From NCBI RefSeq assembly GCF_009914755.1, contig NC_060935.1: DNA of 64,000 nucleotides. One strand, 5' to 3'. Each line of letters opens with the position of its first letter. The first letter of the stretch is position 1. Made by a program: the position numbers and the translations under genes. This document shows, piece by piece, positions 56,681 to 64,000 of the stretch. The DNA is from the human T2T-CHM13v2.0 reference genome, Homo sapiens. The notes beneath the pieces were generated by a model that saw only the letters and a program-made list of their open reading frames with translations, made no database searches and was not told the origin of the DNA.

Positions 56681-59120
56681 TTTTTTTTTATTATACTTTA
56701 AGTTTTAGGGTACATGTGCACAATGTGCAGGTTTGTTACATAGGTATACATGTGCCATGTTGGTGTGCTGCACCCATTAACACATTATTTAACATTAGGT
56801 ACATCTCCTAATGCTATCCCTCCCCGCTCCCCCCACCCCACAACAGTCCCCAGTGTGTGATGTTCCCCTTCCTGTGTCTATGTGTTCTCATTGTTCAATT
56901 CCCATCTATGAGTGAGAACATGTGGTGTTTGGTTTTTTGTCTTTGCGATAGTTTGCTGAGAATGATGGTTTCCAGCTTCATCCATGTCCCAACAAAGGAC
57001 ATGAACTCATCATTTTTTATGGCTGCATAGTATTCCATGGTGTATATGTGCCACATTTTCTTAATCCAGTCTATCATTGTTGGACATTTGGGTTGGTTCC
57101 AAGTCTTTGCTATTGTGAATAGTGCTGCAATAAACATACGTGTGCATGTGTCTTTATAGCAGCAAGTTTTATAATCCTTTGGGTATATACCCAGTAATGG
57201 GATGGCTGGGTCAAATGCTATTTCTAGTTCTAGATCCCTGAGGAATCGCCACACTGACTTCCACAATGGTTGAACTAGTTTACAGTCCCACCAACAGTGT
57301 AAAAGTGTTCCTATTTCTCCACATTCCACAATGGTTGAACTAGTTTACAGTCCCACCAACAGTGTAAAAGTGTTCCTATTTCTCCACATCCTCTCCAGCA
57401 CCTGTTGTTTCCTGACTTTTTAATGATCGCCATTCTAACTTGTGTGAGATGGTATCTCATTGTGGTTTTGATTTTTGCATTTCTCTGATGGCCAATGATG
57501 ATGAGCATTTTTTCATGTGTCTTTTGGCTGCATAAATGTCTTCTTTCGAGAAGTGTCTGTTCATATCCTTCACCCGCTTTTTGATGGGGTTGTTTGTTTT
57601 TTTCTTGTAAATTTGTTTGAGTTCATTGTAGATTCTGGATATTAGCCCTTTGTCAGTTGTGTAGATTGCAAAAATTTTCTCCCATTCTGTAGGTTGCCTG
57701 TTCACTCTGATGGTGGTTTCTTTTGCTGTGCAGAAGCTCTTTAGTTTAATTAGATCCCATTTGTCAATTTTGGCTTTTGTTGCCATTGCTTTTGGTGTTT
57801 CAGACATGAAGTCCTTGCCCATGCCTATGTCCTGAATGGTATTGCCTAGGTTTTCTTCTAGGGTTTTTATGGTTTTAGGTCTAACATGTAAGTCTTTAAT
57901 TCATCTTGAATTAATTTTTGTATAAGGTGTAAGGAAGGAATCCAGTTTCAGCTTTCTACATATGGCTAGCCAGTTTTCCCAGCACCATTTATTAAATAGG
58001 GAATCCTTTCCCCATTGCTTGTTTTTGTCAGGTTTGTCAAAGGTCAGATAGTTGTAGATATGCGGAATTATTTCTGAGGGCTCCGTTCTGTTCCATTGGT
58101 CTATATCTCTGTTTTGGTACCAGTACCATGCTGTGTTGGTTACTGTAGCCTTGTGGTATGGTTTGAAGTCAGGTAGCGTGATGCCTCCAGCTTTGTTCTT
58201 TTGGCTTAGGATTGACTTGGCAATGCGGGCTGTTTTTTGGTTCCATATGAACTTTAAAGTAGTTTTTTCCAATTCAGTGAAGAAAGTCATTGGTAGCTTG
58301 ATGGGGATGGCATTGAATCTATAAATGACCTTGGGCAGTATGGCCATTTTCACGATACTGATACTTCTTACCCATGAGCATGGAATGTTCTTCCATTTGT
58401 TTGTATCCTCTTTTATTTCATTGAGTAGTGGTTTGTAGTTCTCCTTGAAGAGGTCCTTCACATCCCTTGTAAGTTGGATTCCTAGGTATTTTATTCTCTT
58501 TGAAGCAATTGTGAATGGGAGTTCACTCATGATTTGGCTCTCTGTTTGTCTGTTATTGGTGTATAAGAACGCTTGTGATTTTTGCACATTGTTTTCTAGA
58601 TATACAGTCATGTCATCTGCAAACAGGGACAATTTGACTTCCTCTTTTCCTAATTGAATACCCTTTATTTCCTTCTCCTGCCTAATTGCCCTGGCCAGAA
58701 CTTCCAACACTATGTTGAATAGGAGTGGTGAGAGAGGGCATCCCTGTCTTGTGCCAGTTTTCAAAGGAAATGCTTCCAGTTTTTGCCCATTCAGTATGAT
58801 ATTGGCTGTGGGTTTGTCATAGACAGCTCTTATTATTTTGAGATATGTCCCATCAATACCTAATTTATTGAGAGGTTTTAGCATGAATGGTTGTTGAATT
58901 TTGTTAAAGGCCTTTTCTGCATCTATTGAGATAATCATATGGTTTTTGTCATTGGTTCTGTTTATATGCTGGATTACGTTTATTGATTTTCATATGTTGA
59001 ACCAGCCTTGCATCCCAGGGATGAGGCCCACTTGATCATGGTGGATAAGCTTTTTGATGTGCTGCTGGATTCGGTTTGCCAGTGTTTTATTGAGGATTTT
59101 TGCATCAATGTTCGTCAGGA
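56681..59120 (-). mobile_element. 5'-truncated L1PA4/5-like element (ORF2 RT to 3'UTR)
   Basis: ORFs 57901..58938 (345 aa RT, LFADD), 57457..57822 and 56895..57329. TSD ATGTGCAGCTGTT at 56668-56680 and 59121-59133. Confidence 0.96.
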
Positions 59121-61050
59121 ATGTGCAGCTGTTATTGTCAGTGTCTAGATGTTGACGCTGAGACTTGAGGTCAAGTAACTTGTACAAGGTCACACAAATA
59201 GAAATGCCTGAGTGTGAGTTTGGAACAAACTCTGTCTTCTGTGCCCATTTTCTTAGCCACTATATATATTTGTGGGATTCCAGCCTTACCTTTGTGCTGG
59301 GTGATCTTAGGTTGATTATTGAGCCTCTAGTATCTTAAGGACTTCTCTCTGTTATCAGAAGGCTAACACTTCTGAACAATGTTGCCTGGAACATGTCTCC
59401 CAAAGACCTGAAAACCTCCATATGTTTTGTAATCAGAGAAGGGTGGTCCATTGCTGGCAATTTATGTCTTTATTTTCTATTAGTTGTGACCAAATGATGT
59501 ATGCAAGTACATATGTACAGTTACCTGATTCCCAGAATTTCTGCTGAAATGTCACCTTTTCAGTGAGTCTTTTTGATGGTCTTAATATCCTTATCCTTAC
59601 TTTGATACTTTTAATTCCTCATACTCTGCAGCATTTTTTTCACAGCACTTACCAACTTCCATCATGGTAGAAGAATATATTTCTTCTTTTTTGAACATAT
59701 ATATGCCAGGCTCCACGAGAATGAGCATGAAGGCAGGACCCTTTGTTTTGTTCCAAGCAACTAGAAAAGTGCCTGCTACATAGTAAGTTCTCAGTAGATT
59801 CTTATTAAATAAATAGATGAATATAGCCTCTTTTTCCCTTTGGCCAGGATGATTTACAGGAACTCCTTTTAAGAACATGGCGAATCATTGTTCTGGGAGA
59901 AGATCAGGGTAAGATTTGGCCTTAAGTATAGAAAAACAACCTAAATATTTACCCTATCAAGAATTCAGTGGGGGAAAAAACTCCCCCCAGTTGCTGAACA
60001 TTATTCAAAAATTAGATCAGCTTTTGCCAAACATTGATCAAGGTTTTACTTTATTCTTTATCTAAAGTCCTATGAGATCTTTTTCAAATTCAGTTTTTGT
60101 TTCAAGGATGGAAAGAGGACAAGAAGAATCACCTCTGAAGTCCACATTCACTATGTTCATTACTCTAAATTATCAAGATTCAAAGGCACAGAGATAGTAT
60201 TTTCCCAATACCTGGCGAGAACCCCATCTGTATTAGAATTCAAAACTCAGTGTGCTGGCTTTGTCTGTTAATGAGTTTTGCAGGCTAATTGTGGAATAGC
60301 TTGATTCATGTATCTCACTGATTGATAATGAAGTGGCATTAAAAAAACTAGGACAGATCCTTTGGAATAAGAGGAGAACTTGGAAACCAGGCCATGTTGC
60401 TTGGCAGGAACAGAGAGGAAGAGGCGACTTGGCAGGCAACAGGCTATAGAGGTCCTAACAGTGTTTGTTCTTTATGGCTCACTGTCTGGCATACAAATCC
60501 ATTGTGCATATATGCACATCAGAAACAACCCTAAAGAAAGGTGGAGTTGATGTTGGAACTCCAGGTGGCTGTGGACTTAAGATTCCACAATGTATATGAA
60601 CCTAAGAGCATGTCACTCATATTATCTCAGAATTTAGTAAAAATAATTCTAAGTGTGTGTCAGACCATGTGCAACATACTGTGTAAATTATGTCCTTCAC
60701 AATAATATTATAACTTTGGCATTGTAATCCTCATTTAACCAAGAAGGAGGCTGAAATTCAGAAAGGTTAATTAAATTGCTCAAGGTCTGAAGGTATTCAA
60801 ACCTACACCTTATTTCAAAGCCCATGTCTTTTATACTACACCACTAGGATTTCTTCAACAAAGTGCTTTTTTCCTCCACAGGAGGCTGATTAAGTTTTCT
60901 AATTTGGGACCTGTCAGAAGTTTTGGAAGTGCCTAAGGAAATGATGTCTAACCTAGGCTTTGCCTATTTACCAATTGTGAAATCTGGGTCACTTTACTTC
61001 TTTTGCCCTCATATTCTTCTGTCAAAAATAGGATTAACAATATGTGTTTC

Positions 61051-61341
61051 ATGCAGGAACAGAAAACCAAACACTGCATGTCCTTACTTATAAGTGGGAG
61101 ATGAACAATGAAAACACATGGACACAGGGAGGGAAACAACACATACTGGGGCCTGTTGGGGAAGGGCTGTAGGCGGGGGGGTGGCATTAGGAAAAAAAGC
61201 TAATGCTTGCTGGGCTTAATACCTAGGTGATGGGTTGATAGGTGCAGCAAACCACCATGACACACATTTACCTATGTAACAAGCTGGCACATCCTGCACA
61301 TGTACCCCAGAACTTAACAAATAAAATAAAATAAAAATAAA
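61051..61341 (+). mobile_element. L1PA8-like 3' stub
   Basis: L1 3'UTR with A tail; TSD AACAATATGTG(T/C)TTC at 61036-61050 and 61342-61356. Confidence 0.93.
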
Positions 61342-61482
61342 AACAATATGTGCTTCGAAGGATTTCTGAAGGATCAAGTAAAATAAAGTTTGTGAAAATG
61401 TAAAGTGCTTTACAAATCTAAAAGATTATTATAATTAGTGAGCAGTGATCAAGTCAAGCCATTACTGCCTTAATTTATCTTT

Positions 61483-61875
61483 TATTTTATTTTATTATTA
61501 TTATACTTTAAGTTTTAGGGTACATGTGCACAATGTACAGGTTTGTTACATATGTATACATGTGCCATGTTGGTGTGCTGCACCCATTAACTCGTCATTT
61601 AACATTAGGTATATCTCCTAATGCTATCCCTCCCCCCTCCCCCCACCCCACAACAGTCCCCGGTGTGTGATGTTCCCCTTCCTGTGTCCATGTGTTCTCA
61701 TTGTTCAATTCCCACCTATGAGTGAGAAAATGCAGTGTTTGGTTTTTTGTCCTTGCGATAGTTTGCTGAGAATGATGGTCTCCAGATTCATCCATGTCCC
61801 TACAAAGGACATGAACTTATCATGGATTAAGAAAATGTGGCACATATACTCCATGGAATACTATGCAGCCATAAA
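61483..61875 (-). mobile_element. Short L1PA4-like insertion with a 5' inversion (~61823-61875)
   Basis: Antisense 3'UTR up to GGACATGAACT, then sense TGGATTAAGAAAATGTGGCAC...GCAGCCATAAAAA. TSD AATTTATCTTT at 61472-61482 and 61876-61886. Confidence 0.93.
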
Positions 61876-61938
61876 AATTTATCTTTAATGAGACTTTATT
61901 ATTATTATTTTTTAATTTCAGTGGATAACGTTGGCTTC

Positions 61939-62882
61939 ATGGCAGAGAGTGGCACCACGGTGACAGAATTTTTTCTGAGGGGGTTCCGGTTGAAGGCAGA
62001 GCTGCAGATAGGTCTCTTCTTTGTGTTTCTGGTCATTTTTCTCATCACCATGGGGGGCAACCTGGGCATGATTGTGCTAATTTAATTCAGACTGACCCTC
62101 GGCTCCAGACTCCCATGTACTTCTTCCTCAGTCATCTTTCCTTCCTGGACATTTGCTACTCTTCTGTTATTGGTCCTCAGTTGCTTGAGACTTTGGGACT
62201 GATAAGATGATCATCACCTATGAGCGCTGTGCCAGCCAATTCTTCTTTTTCACACTCTGTGCTAGCATTGAGTGTTTCTTTTGGCTGTGATGGCTTATGA
62301 CCGGTACGTGGCTGTGTGTAACCCCCTCCTCTATGCCATAGTCATGACACCAAAGACCCGCCTGGCGCTGCTGGCCGGGGCATATTCTGGTGCCATAGTC
62401 AATTCTGTGATCTGCACTGGCTGCACCTTCTCTATCTCCTTCTCTAAGTCCAACCATGTAGACTTCTTTTTCTGTGACCTCCCACCCCTGCTGAAGCTTG
62501 CCTGTAGTGAAACCAGGCCACGGGAATGGGTAATCTACCTCTCAGCTTTTCTGGTCATCACAACCAGCATTTCAGTGATTCTTACATCGTACTTGTTCAT
62601 CATTCAGTCTATTCTGAAGATTCGTACAGCAGGTGGAAAGCCAAGACCTTCTCCACCTGTGCTTCTCACATGACTGCATTGACTCTCTTCTTTGGAACAC
62701 TCATATTCATATACCTGAAAGGCAACATGGGCGAATCCCTTGAGGAAGACAAGATCGTGTCAATATTTTACACTGTGGTCATCCCCATGCTAAATCCAAT
62801 GATCTACAGCCTGAGAAACAAAGACATGAAAGAGGCTCTGAAGAAAGTTTTCAACAGGATAAGGGTTTCCCAAGCAGAGTAA
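61939..62882 (+). pseudogene. OR9I2P: Olfactory receptor family 9 pseudogene with four frameshifts
   Basis: [16 protein letters not shown]...; [16 protein letters not shown]; MAYDRYVAVCNPLLY; KTFSTCASH; [16 protein letters not shown], spread over shifting frames. Acceptor TTTCAG at 61916-61921. Symbol from recalled gene order. Confidence 0.88.
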
Positions 62883-64000
62883 CTCTTGAGCCCCATCAAG
62901 CCAGAAGTTTCTGCAAATCCTGCTCTGGGCTTTTGTCTCGTCCTCTTAACACATGAGCCAGATCTCATAATTACAAAGACATATTGAGGCAGAAAAAGTT
63001 GGATTTGGGTTCCAGTACTTTCTTTATTGGCTTTATGATGTAGAGCCAGAAATGATCCACTTTAGTTTTCTCATCAGTAAAAATTTCTGCTTTGCTATGG
63101 GTAAAGGTCAAGAGATCTTAAGCCAGGATCAAGGGAGAGGGAATCCCAAAAGGCTTTGTAAATAATAACATGCTACAAAATATAGATTTTTTTTCTTATC
63201 TGTCCTGCGTATTGTGGAGCATTTTCTCAGCTATTCGGATTTTTTTCTATTAAGCTCATTTTTGTGCCTAGCATGATTACAAAACAGTAACTCATTGTTT
63301 ATATAGTAAGGGGCAGTCACATTTTTGGTTGTGGATCATAGTGTGGATATCAGCTTTGATGAAAGAAAACTTTTCTTAACATTCAGTCATACCCAATTTA
63401 GGATTTGTCATAGAAAATAAAAGCAACTAAACAGAAGAAGAAAAAATAAAGAAGGGAAAGGAGGTGTGTTAGCCTGCTTCCCAAGATGGCATAGAGGTCT
63501 CAGACACTGTGGAAAAAAGAAGGATGTAATGATTTGCATTAATTATTGGAAACAATTTGATCTTGATGTAGGGCTGAAGTGAGTCCCATATATAACTTTG
63601 TAATATTTCTCGATCACCAAAGGTCAGAAGCTCTATTTTATTTCTGAAGCATTGTTCATGGACCATCTGCCTCAATTAACTCAAGTTATTTCCTATTCTT
63701 CAGTAATGAAAACCATTATCTACTTTTATCTCCTTTAGGACATTTACTCTATTGTCAGAAGACAGATAACAATGAATCTGACTGCCACTTTTTAATGACT
63801 TCCTCATCTGCTAGAAATATTACCTGGGAAATATCTCCATGGAGACCTCACAATTTTATTCATCAATTCAGCAAATATATGCTATCTACTATGTATCAAA
63901 TATTAAGTTTAGAATATTTTAAGTATGTATTATATCTACTATGTATCAAATATTAAGTTTAGAGTAATAAATAAGATAGATATGGTTCCTTCAGCATGGA

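Noticed and set aside
57901-58938. 345-aa reverse transcriptase ORF as a functional gene
   Set aside because: It is a fragment of a 5'-truncated L1 lacking promoter, ORF1 and EN, with a deletion in RT and downstream breaks.

Overview
Primate DNA, almost certainly human: AT-rich, CpG-poor and dominated by repeats. It is part of an olfactory receptor (OR) cluster that I recognise as the OR9I region of chr11q12.1. It holds one intact single-exon OR ORF (OR9I1, 35889-36833, minus) and two OR pseudogenes. One is a minus-strand paralog broken by a single in-frame stop (probably OR9I3P, 26083-27051). The other is a plus-strand copy with four frameshifts (probably OR9I2P, 61939-62882). The rest is layered transposon fossils: L1PA/L1PB/L1M LINEs, Alus, MaLR solo LTRs, MIR/L2 and a decayed hAT-Blackjack-like transposase. 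Nearly all other ORFs in the track are L1/Alu translations or chance ORFs. I find no support for a new multi-gene system. The most notable signals are local genome-history events: a templated, iteratively copied insertion flanking OR9I1, a TSD-flanked old L1 with its 5' end fused to its 3' end, two twin-priming inversions, a near-perfect L1 palindrome and candidate Lhx2/EBF OR promoter clusters. Repeat subfamily names and pseudogene symbols are from memory, not a database search. Boundaries of old repeats are approximate.
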